This document shows positions 24,940-37,600 of a stretch of 64,000 nt of DNA, one piece after another. Each line of letters starts with the position of its first letter. The stretch's first letter is position 1. Location: NCBI GenBank assembly GCA_002269645.1, contig NIVC01000152.1:744001-808000 (forward strand), in the 5' to 3' direction. The translations under genes and the position numbers were made by a program. The notes beneath the pieces were generated by a model. It did no database searches and was not told where the DNA came from. It saw only the letters and a list, made by a program, of their open reading frames with translations. This DNA comes from Macrostomum lignano (taxonomy: Eukaryota).

Positions 24940-26135
24940 TTAAAATTGATCAGATGATCAATTTGGCCGCAGTCAGACTAATAGATAATAGAGCTATGTA
25001 CAGTAAAAATGATCACGTGATCGATTCAGCCGCAGTCATGGACTAATAAGATAAGTAATAGAGCTATGTACAGTCAAAATGATCACGTGATCAATTCATC
25101 TACAGTCATAGACTAATAGATAAGTAATGGAGCCATGTACAGTAAAAATGATCACGTGATCGATTCAGCCGCAGTCATGGACTAATAAGATAAGTAATGG
25201 AGCTATGTACAGTCAAAATGATCACGTGATCAATTTATCTACAGTCATAGACTAATAGATAAGTAATGGAGTCATGTACAGTCAAAATGATCACGTGATC
25301 AATTCAGCCGCAACCGTAGACTAATAGATAAGTAATGGAGCCATGTACAGTAAAATGATCACGTGATCAATTCAGCCGCAACCGTAGACTAATAGATAAG
25401 TAATGGAGCCATGTACAGTAAAAATGATCACGTGATCGATTCAGCCGCAGTCATGGACTAATAGATAAGTAATGGAGCCATGTACAGTAAAAATGATCAC
25501 GTGATCGATTCAGCCGCAGTCATGGACTAATAGATAAGTAATGGAGCCATGTACAGTAAAAATGATCACGTGATCAATTCAGCCGCAACCGTAGACTAAT
25601 AGATAAGTAATGGAGCCATGTACAGTAAAAATGATCACGTGATCAATTCAGCCGCAACCGTAGACTAATAGATAAGTAATGGAGCCATGTACAGTAAAAA
25701 TGATCACGTGATCGATTCAGCCGCAGTCATGGACTAATAGATAAGTAATGGAGCTATGTACAGTCAAAATGATCACGTGATCAATTCAGCCGCAACCGTA
25801 GACTAATAGATAAGTAATGGAGCCATGTACAGTAAAAATGATCACGTGATCGATTCAGCCGCAGTCATGGACTAATAAGATAAGTAATGGAGCTATGTAC
25901 AGTCAAAATGATCACGTGATCAATTTATCTACAGTCATAGACTAATAGATAAGTAATGGAGTCATGTACAGTCAAAATGATCACGTGATCAATTCAGCCG
26001 CAACCGTAGACTAATAGATAAGTAATGGAGCCATGTACAGTCGATCACGTGATCGATTCAGCCGCAGTCATAGAATAATAGATGAGTCATGGTGCCATGT
26101 CCAGCCAAAATGATCACGTGATCGATTCAGTTTTA
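24940..26135. repeat. 69-bp minisatellite, about 17 copies, each with palindrome (T)GATCACGTGATC(A)
   Basis: Period 69 (25493 to 25562); some units are 70 bp. Confidence 0.95.
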
Positions 26136-29100
26136 GCTAATAGATAATGTAATTTTGCAGCTTAATTGTGTCAAGCACTTTTAGAGGCATTATTAATATT
26201 AGTTACGTGTGTATATGTATATATAATTCTGTCTGTTTCGTGAGAGCTTTCTTTCTTAATCAAGAGTTTTGTGCTGGGGGGCAGTTTGCATGCCACTTTT
26301 CCTCTTTGTGTCTCAATAAATTCTTTTTTCGTTTTATTGAAAAAGTTCTTAATGCATCTGTCTGCATATACCGTACAATAACTTAGCCACTATTGTATTC
26401 AATGCAAAGGTCGATCTGAAAATATTTTGAAATAGTTCAATATTGCGTGTTCGAAAATCATGATTTTCCTGTTTGACTTTGATCATAAAAAACAATTATG
26501 AATTGCGTGCACCAGTGACTGCCGTGTGGTTGTGATTATAGCGTTAGTTGCTATGGGGGTCAAGGGCGGGCGAAACATTTTTTGATTGACAACTGTTTTT
26601 AATCTCTGGGCTGTATCCGGTTACTCAAACATGAGCATTCAGCAATATTTATAAATATCCCTGAGAACTATACCAACTTGCAAGTAGCATAGCAGAAGAT
26701 TATGTAAGAAACTCATTACCGTTCTAGCAAAAAATTTATAGTGCACCACTACACTGTAAATTACTGTTTTCCGGTGTATGCCTTCGTTATTAAGGCATCC
26801 ATATTTCCTTTTTTTGTATTTTCAGTAGTTTGACCGCGCATTTCTAGTAAACTGATATGCATTTAAATTTTACTAATTGATTTATTTCTGAACTGGCCCG
26901 CAGGACGCCTACGAGGCCAGCGCACCAGGCAAGAAGCCCGTGACAGTTCAGGGTGACAGTTCAGCTTTTCCTGAGCACGTTTAACATAATTAAAATCTGC
27001 GTTCATCTGCGCTCTAGCAGTAATTTGCAATCTGCAAAATTGGGGCAGATTGTCAATAGAATTTGAATAGATTGAAGGCTGCGGCCGCATGTGTGCGTGT
27101 TTGGTTTGCATTCCAGAGTGTGTTGCTGTCTCTCTGAATAGAACAGCTAGTTATATTTATATACTACTTATAGCCGAACAAACATTTTAGCAGGCTGCAA
27201 AGCAAAAATAGCAATGCAAAACCGATCAAATGCTTTGATTACTGCTATTTTTCTATTTAAAAATGTCTTGTAAAAAAAACAAAAAAATGATGTTTCAATA
27301 AAAACTGCTTTTAATAATTTGCCAGTTAACCGCCCGCCTCAGCTAGTCTTTAATTTAAGTGAACAAAGACTGTTTGCCCCTCCCCAGGGCCTTGGAATCT
27401 GACAGCACAATGTATATTTAAGATTTATTAGTTGCTATTTTTCTGCAACAAAGACTGACAATTTTAACTATAACCCTTCTGCGCGTCATTGAGCCATCTG
27501 TAAATGTGCTCAGGTTTGAGTAAGAATCTATTTACAATATGAAATTGCGGTCGCATTTTCCCTCCTATGCCCCTGCAAAGTTATTGCTGATTAATTTGAT
27601 CTACTGTTACTAATTTACTCCGATGACAAGCTGATTGGCAGCGCAATTCCTGACGAAACTGCCGCAACCCCGTATTTCCGTGTTAAAAAACTAACAACTC
27701 ATTAAATTCCTTATTTTTTAGTGACCACCTGATTCTTCACTTGTAAATAAAACAATTTTTGCATGTGATTTTTTTTAAATAATATGCTCTGGACACAGTG
27801 AATCGTTTTATTAAATTTAAACTCGTATTAATCACCGAAATCTGATTATATTAACATTGTGTTGTGTTGGCGCACTTTTATGTACTTCGAGTTTTTTCTC
27901 ATTTTTATTCTTCTCTGTAGCAGCGCAACTTATTTCGCTTTATTATTGTATTATGTAAACATTTTTTCGTCAATATATACCTCTAATCAGCGTGTGATCC
28001 TACCCGAAGTTCTTAGAACGCTTGTACTTACATTTACTTACTGTAGTGTTGTATCTGTGTTTAATAACAAGCCTCTCTCAGGTCTCTAAAATGTATTAGC
28101 AGCATAACTTAGTGATTTATCATTGCCGATCTTATCCTGTTAATTAAGCTTATTGAGATGTTTTAATTAAACTTATAATTCTACTCACATTCATGTAGAG
28201 CAGGGGTCGTCCCAAAATCTTAACAGCCATGAGCAATACTCTCCATCTGGCCCTTGGGGTAAGAAAGCTTGCCGATCATTGCTGCAGAATGTCAATGTTG
28301 TCATGTAGTTTAAACAGTATATTTAACACCTGATAGTGTGTAATTATTTACCTTTTTTCTCAGCTTACGAGCGTATACATTGCTTTAGGTCGCTTTGTTC
28401 GATGCTTGTAGTTTGCCTGCTGCGATTGCACTGCTATTTTGTTATAACAAACTGACCGACTGGTTCCTCTACTGCACTGCTGCTGTCTTCATGTGTTTTT
28501 TATTTCTCTTTTTTTTATCTGAAGTCAATTTTAGTGCGTTTTTTTTCTAAATGAGAATTTCAGAGCCCAATTCTTGTCCTCCCGCCCTGTCAGTGCGGTG
28601 GAAATAAATATTCTATATTTCGTCAATTGACGCAATGATTACAACGCTTCTTCTGTTTTTCTAAAGTTCTCGAGTTTTATTTGTGTCGCCTCGCCTCCCC
28701 CTCGTTTCCGCGTCTTTATATAATAAGGCTTTGAAAAATTATAAAGGTAAAAAAAATGAAACTGGACTCACCAAGTAATGCTCCAGCAAAAATAACGACA
28801 ATAATTTGTGTCGCGTTTGTTGTGTCCCATCGATCCATATCGCAGTTGCTGTTTTTCAAAAATTAGTTTGTACTTTACTGTTTTGCTGCGGTGGAAGGGG
28901 CTAATAATACTTCGACGATGTGAAGCATGAAGTTTAGACTAAAAATTTTTCTACCAAGCAATTTCTAACATCGGGAGAGAAAGATAGTCTGCATCACAAC
29001 TTTGAAGGTCCGTTGCAAAAACTTGGGCAATTCTTAATGCTCTCAAACTTTTACTGCCTCATTATTTAACAACCAATTCTTCAAGTAGAAACTCTGAGTT

Positions 29101-29384
29101 TGAGTTGAAGTGTGGAGAAATTATTTAACGTTGAAGCGAGCCCTCACTTTTTTAAATCAATGGATAAAGTCACCGGAACGTGAAAGTATAGGCCTCAGAT
29201 ACTTAAATAACCACGTCATTGGCAATTAAGTTGTAAAAAAGTTAAGAGCTCTTTTTCAAATTTCTTTTCCTTGCTCAGGGTTTGCAGCCTCAAGGAGATA
29301 GCATGGGGTTAAGAATGAACAAGTTTAACTTGACTCGAAATAACTTAACTTAATTTAACTCGACGCACCAAATTAGTGAACGCA

Positions 29385-29770
29385 AGACGGACGAAACTCA
29401 TCCTAGGGGGCAGGCCCTGTCTAGCTCAGCCAATAAGAGAGCAGTAAGGAGAGAAGTGAAAGTCAGACGGACAAAACTCATCCTAGGAGGCAGGCCCTGT
29501 CTAGCTCAGCCAATGAGAGAGCAGTAAGGAGAGAAGTGAAAGTCAGACGGACGAAACTCATCCTAGGGGGCAGGCCCTGTCTAGCTCAGCCAATGAGAGA
29601 GCAGTAAGGAGAGAAGTGAAAGTCAGACGGACGAAACTCATCCTAGGGGGCAGGCCCTGTCTAGCTCAGCCAATGAGAGAGCAGTAAGGAGAGAAGTGAA
29701 AGTCAGACGGACGAAACTCATCCTAGGGGGCAGGCCCTGTCTAGCTCAGCCAATGAGAGAGCAGTAAGTA
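29385..29770. repeat. 80-bp tandem repeat, about 5 near-identical copies
   Basis: AGTCAGACGG...GAGAAGTGAA recurs at 29461, 29541, 29621 and 29701. Confidence 0.9.
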
Positions 29771-30740
29771 GAGGTCAAGTTCTCTCTTGCTCGCACGCAC
29801 AGGATTTTGGTGCAGCTTCAAAATCTTAAAGTTGGAAAATTTGTTTAAAAACTTTTTAATTTGGGGAAGATTTGAGAAAAAATTGGGGAAGAGGATTTAG
29901 GAGCTTTCTAAAACAAAAAACAAAAGCGAAGCAATGCAACGAAGATAATATTTTACCCGACCTTTAGTGTATTCAGTCTAATACACGTAGAAGTTCCAAC
30001 AATAAAAGAACAGCTCTCTACGTATCGTTTAGCCTGTATATTTATCAACCAGCATAGACTAGTGGTGAAACTGAAGCGATACGCACGTGTATTAGTATAT
30101 TTAATTACTAATTTTAATGAATTGGCCGAACAATTTTACGAAGGCGATAAAACGTTTAGAATGCAGAAAATAATGTGGCAAAGTCAGACGCAGGAAACAG
30201 TTGCCAATATTATGATTGTTTTACTCACCAAGACGCTACAAACTCAATTGAACGAATCCAGTAATCCAATATAATGAGAACAGTGACAAAAGGGAAGGCT
30301 AACTCAACAACAATGGCAGCTCGAAGTTCAAAAAGCGAGAAAATTATATTCTTCCCACCAAAACGAATGGAACAAAGCAAAATACGAGAGATACTACTTA
30401 CTAATAAGTAGCTTAAGTAGCGTAACAATCAAATTTAAATAATCCAAAGGGGGCGATATGAATAAAGCAATATAAACAGTCGTTTTGATTTTTGTTCTGA
30501 AGTTGTTTAAAAATACTATCATAACAAGAATAGAGGCAGTAAACAACAGTTAAGACCATTTTGATTTGTTGACCAAAGAATGAGGAATCAGATAAATAGA
30601 TTAAGATAAAGCGGCCAGATAAAAGCCAAACAGCGATTTTCTAAAACACAGTGAAACCGAATGACGTAGGCGGCACATCTGGAGGGAATTCGGGGCAGAA
30701 AGAAAACTAGGCTGCTACTAGGCGGGCGGGCAAGCAGAAA

Positions 30741-31041
30741 CATACATGCGCAACAGTCGGCCGAGTCGGCCGATCCGGCCGACCGATTTGGCGGCCAACC
30801 AAGGAAGTCGCAAAAATGCCCACCCGAAAAAAACCACCAAGTAGTAGTACTAAGTAGCTGACGAGGCATTTTGGATTTTTAAGACAGTTATAGTTACTCC
30901 TGCCGTTTACCCAAAGTTGCGTTTATTTTGCTTTCGGGTTTTTTTTTACATGTAAGTCGCATTTTTGGCCAAAAACTACGTCGCATTTTTGTTAAAACTA
31001 AGTCGCACGGCCGACCGAATTTCGAACGTTGCGCATGTATG
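30741..31041. mobile_element. MITE (301 bp) with 8-bp TSD, P-element- or hAT-type
   Basis: Perfect 14-bp TIRs CATACATGCGCAAC / GTTGCGCATGTATG. TSD AGCAGAAA at 30733-30740 and 31042-31049. Confidence 0.85.
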
Positions 31042-31420
31042 AGCAGAAAGAAGATAACAAAGCAGAAATAGATATACATATATATGATTGACCAGAAGCG
31101 GCTGCCACACACGGAGAGAAAAATTGCCACTTCATTCACTTCAACAATGTAGAGAGCATTTAATAGTAAATTTAAATAAAGTACATTCACCAGTTCCATT
31201 TGTACTTTTAATTGGAAGCGGCTTCTTAGATTAAGGGATAGTATAACAAATAAGTGCAAAAACTGCTAATAATACCATCATTGTTTCAGCATGGACAACA
31301 GTCTATTTAATGATTACATTCACTAAGCCCTTGGCAGTTTAGATAAAAATTCTAAGTAACAGAGTCAAAACTAGGAGATTTGATGGCGAACAACAACCAA
31401 GCCAGTCTTTATCCAGTTTG

Positions 31421-33475
31421 TCAGATCCCGGAAGTGCCAGTTCCATGCTTCCGGTCGGGAAAGAAGCTGCGCAAGACCAGCACCTCGGAGACGCCAATGA
31501 TCACTATGACAACGGATTCTAGCACTGACCAGAGGCTGACTCGGTCGTTCAGATCTTCTGCAAACATTCTGCCGCTGGCTTCATTGAGCCGGAAATGGGT
31601 CTGATAGTCGGTGACGACTTTCAAGGATTCGTGAATGGCCATAGCCGAGGTCTCCAGTTGTGAGTGGACGCTCGGCTTGTCGTCGCCAGCAACCAGCGGC
31701 TTCTCTTTGCCGCTGCTAAAATCGATGTAGACTAGCTTGTGCGTGAATGTGGAGAACTCGTTAGAGAAGCAGGCCTTGTAGACGCCAGCTTTTTCAACAG
31801 TGAAATGATAGCTATCGTACTGCTTCTTCTGGCCAGTGTAAACTGATTCGTCGCTGGGTCCAAATAGTTGCACATCTACGTCGTAGTTGCCTCCCGAGAT
31901 TACCTGGCAATATGGATTAGCTTATAATGCTATATTTTAGAGTTTAAAGTTCATTTGATTTTCCTCGGTGAAATAGCACTTAATGAATCGCATGTTGGTC
32001 CCTCAGGGCTAGCAATTTTTCATGCACTGCTTCAGTTCCTTGACCATTATACAATAAAAATTTCCAGTGAAAAACTGAGAATGAAAATTCAACTATGTTA
32101 GATGTTTTGAGATCTACTGCTGTAACCTTTGTTAAAACAGTTACTAAATCAGTCAGTGCTACTGACCCTGATGAATTTAATAGCAATATGAGGTTTTGTG
32201 TCTACTAACCTAGGTGCTTTTCATAGAAATGCTAGGCTTAAGGATTGAATCATTTAATGCTAAGCTCTATAATAGCCTAATTAGGCAGTGCATCTCTTCA
32301 GATCATGGCTTGTCTTTTCTAATCTAAGTGGATATAAGATTTCTTTGAAAACTGGAATGCTAGGGACCTAAGCATTGTATCTACTTTAATAGAGTAATTA
32401 AGTTGTTAATGTTAACTATATTTTTTTTAATTTTTGTGGCACTAATATTCAATTTAAAAAAATAGTCTATTTAAAATTGAATGATTCTAGAAAATTCAAA
32501 ACCCCTGAGCTGAGCCATCTCAACTTAATAAAAAAAACTATTTTTAATTATTAAATTATTTTTTTCAATGAACTATTATATTTTAAGCATCAAAAACTTT
32601 TTTACATCTATATAACATTTGTCAAAGTTTTATAAATGTGTCTGTTTATTTACTTTTTGTTCATTTTCATTTCTATGACTTGGTTTTTAGGTAGACCTAC
32701 AATGCATATTTTTTATCAACTCCAATTTAGTATTTTCAAGTTCTAAGACTACTTTATTATTTAGTCATTATGCCTAGATTTATTATTATCAACTAGGCTA
32801 ATAACATGACAATAAATAAACAGTATATACTCATCAACATTGAAAAGTTGCCACTCTATGTGCCAGTGAGCAATTTTTCTTGGACTATTCTGAAACAAGA
32901 TATAAAAAAACTGATCAGGGTAGCTTTAATCTAGCCTATCTAACCTTTGTATACCATTCCCACCACTTTATTTCTCAACTCAAATCTCCCATAGCATCAC
33001 TTGCAAAGATTGAGAGACTACCTGCACTCTTAAACGTCGCGACCACAGGTAGAATCTTCTGTGATGAGTGATGGCAACTTTTCAATGTTGTTGAGTATGG
33101 CCATGGGTATATAATTCCTAAAAGAAAAATTTAGGATCTAAAATGGCTTAGCTTGATTAAAACTTTTTAATTGATCTACAGTACTATCAAATATTTTTAA
33201 ATACAAGTACATTTGTTACATTTACTCTAATTCTAAGACAATGGCTATAGTATGAGAGTCATGAGTATGTTATAATTAAGAAAATCAATTTTAAGCCAGG
33301 TGATACTTACTTGAAATTCTAAATGAGCCTTTGAATTAAGTTCAAGGGTTTCGTAAAAACAGTCTTTTCTTTTGTCAGGCAGTTCAAATGTTAACTCAGC
33401 AGCCTGAATTGAAGTCATTACAATGGCTGAATGGCAAATTATGAAAATGCTTAACACATTGTGCTTTGAGAACAT
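31421..33475 (-). CDS. TMED7: p24/emp24/gp25L cargo receptor (TMED7/TMED3-like, GOLD domain), 215 aa; exons 33311-33475 and 31421-31903
   Basis: Signal peptide then ELTFELPD..DCFYE; FQ|VISGGNYDVD; YKACFSNEFSTFTHKLVYIDF; coiled coil; TM and short tail. Phase-0 intron with GTAAGT donor and TTGCCAG acceptor. Symbol is by family resemblance. Confidence 0.92.
32830..33095. mobile_element. Tc1/mariner-type MITE (266 bp) in TMED intron
   Basis: 24-bp TIRs CTCATCAACATTGAAAAGTTGCCA / TGGCAACTTTTCAATGTTGTTGAG (1 mismatch), flanked by TA on both sides. Confidence 0.7.
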
Positions 33476-34681
33476 GATAAAACGAGGTAAAGTCCGTCTA
33501 TTAGATCAAAGTCTCAAAAAGCAATCGTGAATATGTTTTATAAAAGTCTGCGTTACGATAAATTATTGCATGTAAAGTGTCGAGTGGTAATTTATTTTGT
33601 AATTGCCTTAGCTTTACCACCACAAACATGAACCTGAAAAAACTGAAAGCATTCGTAAATTTTCGTCTTGTAAGAAATTGAAATAAGGGATTAAATGACG
33701 TTGCACATTCTAAAAACAAATGACGTTAAATGTTTGAAAAACTTGCATGCAAAGAGAACATTTTAAGTTAAAGACGAAACCCTTATTTTAGTAAATTTGC
33801 TGTCAAATCCTTTTCTTTGTTTTAGTTAAAAATTACAAAACCGAATCCTAACGGCACCTAATGTAATGCATAATTAGCACTAATCTTGGTTGCGCTATCT
33901 GCCTCCTTTTACTACTTGATTGAAACTCTCGATAATAATAGATATCAACTAATTCTTAGCTTATACAGTAGCTATTTTTAGCTACGCTGTGGGCTGCTGC
34001 AGCCTGCAAGTAATAGGCTGGTACGCATAGCGAATATTCGTTCACTTTTCATCAATAATCCTTGTACTGACATTTGTAACTTACGTTCGTCACGTATACA
34101 CAAATAAATATGTACGTTAGATGCAAGTATTATGTAGATACACCGTGAGTGTATTCTTTCTATGCCCATTGGACGGTTGAATTTGGATATTTTTACATGT
34201 ACAGTATGTTGTGCCAACAATGAATATAAACTCTAATGGACTACTCTTTCATTGTTGAATGCTGCTTAATTTTTGTTTTTAATTGAGTTGTGCGGGAGGC
34301 CTGCGTATACATGTGATTCTCTCAGCTGTAATTTTATGTGATAGTTTGAACATTTAAGCCACATTTAAGACACAAAATTGATATTGAAATTGTGTTTGTG
34401 ACTTTAGTCTAATGACCTTTGCTCCTGTATCTGTTTTATAAGTACGTATACTAGACACGCGGCTATAAGCCCGCCCGAAATTTATATTTTATCGCTATAA
34501 TTGAGCCGATGAGCTCTACACACAAGAGGCATTAACATTCTTTACAGTAATGGTATTTGACTCAGCATGGCAGTGTCAATGACATCAATATCTACTTACA
34601 TGTAAAAAGAAATAGATATGAATACAATTTGAATCAAAACAAAATTCTCTTTGTCCATATAATATACATAAACTAACTATA

Positions 34682-37600
34682 TTACTTTTCTACTCGAATT
34701 TCTCCATTCGAATTCCCATTGGCCACTTCTGCAATTCCATGGTCAACATGGGACTCGTCGCAAGCATCCTCGCTGATTCTAATCGTCGGCACCAGATTTT
34801 TCCCTGCCCCGTCTGCACCACCGCATCCATCGCTTGCGGGCAGAAGTCTTCCTGCGAAAGCCTCTTGATCTTTTACGTCAACATTGTCGCGTGTGACCAG
34901 CCGCTCCAGGAATAGCACAACACTTGCACAGATCATGCAGAGGCCAGCTATGGCGAAGCTATACTTGAATGTACCCGTTCGGTCTTTTAGGTAGCCTGTA
35001 GTTGCAGTGAGATATAGGTACATGGTAGCTTTAAACACAAGGACTTAATAAAATACCGAGAAAAAATTGTCCTTAAACATAGAAACTTTAAATGATCTAG
35101 AAACCTTATCTATATGTCGACTATTTCAATTTACGAGCATAGCTCTTCGTTGTCATTTCCTCGTGCGAGTCAGACAGGCATTGATCATGCATCTGTATTA
35201 AACTAGAAAAACCACTTACCAAGGAGCGTCTGGCCGGGAAAAGTGGACAGAGTCCAAGACGAACAGACAATGGAGTGGACAATGCTGAGGTTGACGATTC
35301 CGACAAACAGCACTAGAATGCTGGTCACTATGCTCATGTACACGCCGCCTGAGGCGCCAGCCAGCACCGCATAGGCCGCAAACAGGACTGTCCGGTTGGT
35401 TGGGTCGGTCAGACTGACCGAACAGAAGGCGGTGAAAATGCAGACGACGCCCATGATGGTCATGCCGAAGATGGCGATGCTGGACTTGCGCCACCAGGAG
35501 AACCGGTCGGAGAGGCAGCCGGTGAGGACTCGGGCAACCAGGTCTGATAGGCCTGAACAATTCGGGCACAGTTAGGTTTACCAGTTCTCAATAAGCTAAT
35601 GAATTTGCAGCAAAGTCTGCCGCGAATCCAGGCGACTTTTGAGTAGTGTCTAGCAAAGAGGCGGTTATAGTTATGTCAAATTTTTCTGAGGTTGGTTGGT
35701 TGGTTGGTTGGTTGGTTGGTTGGTTGGTTGGTTGGTTGGTTGGTTGGTTGGTTGGTTGGTTGGTTGGTTGGTTGGTTGGTTGGTTGGTTGGTTGGTTGGT
35801 TGGTTGGTTGGTTGGTTGGTTGGTTGGTTGGTTGGTTGGTTGGTTGGTTGGTTGGTTGGTTGGTTGGTTGGTTGGTTGGTTGGTTGGTTGGTTGGTTGGT
35901 TGGTTGGTTGGTTGGTTGGTTGGTTGGTTGGTTGGTTGGTTGGTTGGTTGGTTGGTTGGTTGGTTGGTTGGTTGGTTGGTTGGTTGGTTGGTTGGTTGGT
36001 TGGTTGGTTGGTTGGTTGGTTGGTTGGTTGGTTGGTTGGTTGGTTGGTTGGTTGGTTGGTTGGTTGGTTGGTTGGTTGGTTGGTTGGTTGGTTGGTTGGT
36101 TGGTTGGTTGGTTGGTTGGTTGGTTGGTTGGTTGGTTGGTTGGTTGGTTGGTTGGTTGGTTGGTTGGTTGGTTGGTTGGTTGGTTGGTTGGTTGGTTGGT
36201 TGGTTGGTTGGTTGGTTGGTTGGTTGGTTGGTTGGTTGGTTGGTTGGTTGGTTGGTTGGTTGGTTGGTTGGTTGGTTGGTTGGTTGGTTGGTTGGTTGGT
36301 TGGTTGGTTGGTTGGTTGGTTGGTTGGTTGGTTGGTTGGTTGGTTGGTTGGTTGGTTGGTTGGTTGGTTGGTTGGTTGGTTGGTTGGTTGGTTGGTTGGT
36401 TGGTTGGTTGGTTGGTTGGTTGGTTGGTTGGTTGGTTGGTTGGTTGGTTGGTTGGTTGGTTGGTTGGTTGGTTGGTTGGTTGGTTGGTTGGTTGGTTGGT
36501 TGGTTGGTTGGTTGGTTGGTTGGTTGGTTGGTTGGTTGGTTGGTTGGTTGGTTGGTTGGTTGGTTGGTTGGTTGGTTGGTTGGTTGGTTGGTTGGTTGGT
36601 TGGTTGGTTGGTTGGTTGGTTGGTTGGTTGGTTGGTTGGTTGGTTGGTTGGTTGGTTGGTTGGTTGGTTGGTTGGTTGGTTGGTTGGTTGGTTGGTTGGT
36701 TGGTTGGTTGGTTGGTTGGTTGGTTGGTTGGTTGGTTGGTTGGTTGGTTGGTTGGTTGGTTGGTTGGTTGGTTGGTTGGTTGGTTGGTTGGTTGGTTGGT
36801 TGGTTGGTTGGTTGGTTGGTTGGTTGGTTGGTTGGTTGGTTGGTTGGTTGGTTGGTTGGTTGGTTGGTTGGTTGGTTGGTTGGTTGGTTGGTTGGTTGGT
36901 TGGTTGGTTGGTTGGTTGGTTGGTTGGTTGGTTGGTTGGTCAGTTGGTTAGTTTGTTAATTACAGGGGATTGGCTTTTGGGTACTGCTGAAAATCAAGGG
37001 GTCATGCACATTCCGGTGATCTTCTGTGCACGCACGCTCACGCGGGTACGAGCTACATGTACGTACGCAGACATGCGCTCACGCAGGATGTGCAACCCCA
37101 GACCTTTTCATCAACAGGCATGAACACACACACTCTCTGCCTTTCTCCCTCTCTCTTCAAAGCATTATTGCAGAGCAGCAGGCCGCTAAACCAACTCACC
37201 GCTAACTGCCACCAGCACGGCAGTGGTGCTGGTGGGCACGGCGAATTCGGCCAGGAACAGCGGATACACAACGTACTGCGTTGTGAAGCCCAGATTAGAC
37301 AGCATGGTGGCTACAATGTAGATCAATGTCAGGATGCGCTGACTTCGGGACAGACTGGCTAAGCGGCCGCGTGCCGAGCTGTCCTGCCGCTGACGGCCAG
37401 GTTGACCATCGGAGCACGAATATCTGCCAGTTGAGGATCTGCTTCTGAAGGAAAGCAACCGCGGATGCTTCAGATAAAGATTAAAGATTGGTTTTAGCTG
37501 TCGTTGACTTATTTCCTATCTAACATCAGACGTAGATATGAATAGATCGGGGAATCCGGATTCTTTAAGAACCCTTGAAATGCAGTCCCAATTCTATTTG

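Noticed and set aside
24940-26135. CRISPR-like look (palindromic repeat plus variable middle)
   Set aside because: The variable parts are a few recurring variants, not unique spacers; there are no cas genes and the context is eukaryotic. The same applies to the 80-bp array at 29385-29770.
35646-37123. (GWLV)n ORFs
   Set aside because: Translation of the (GGTT)n microsatellite inside an intron.
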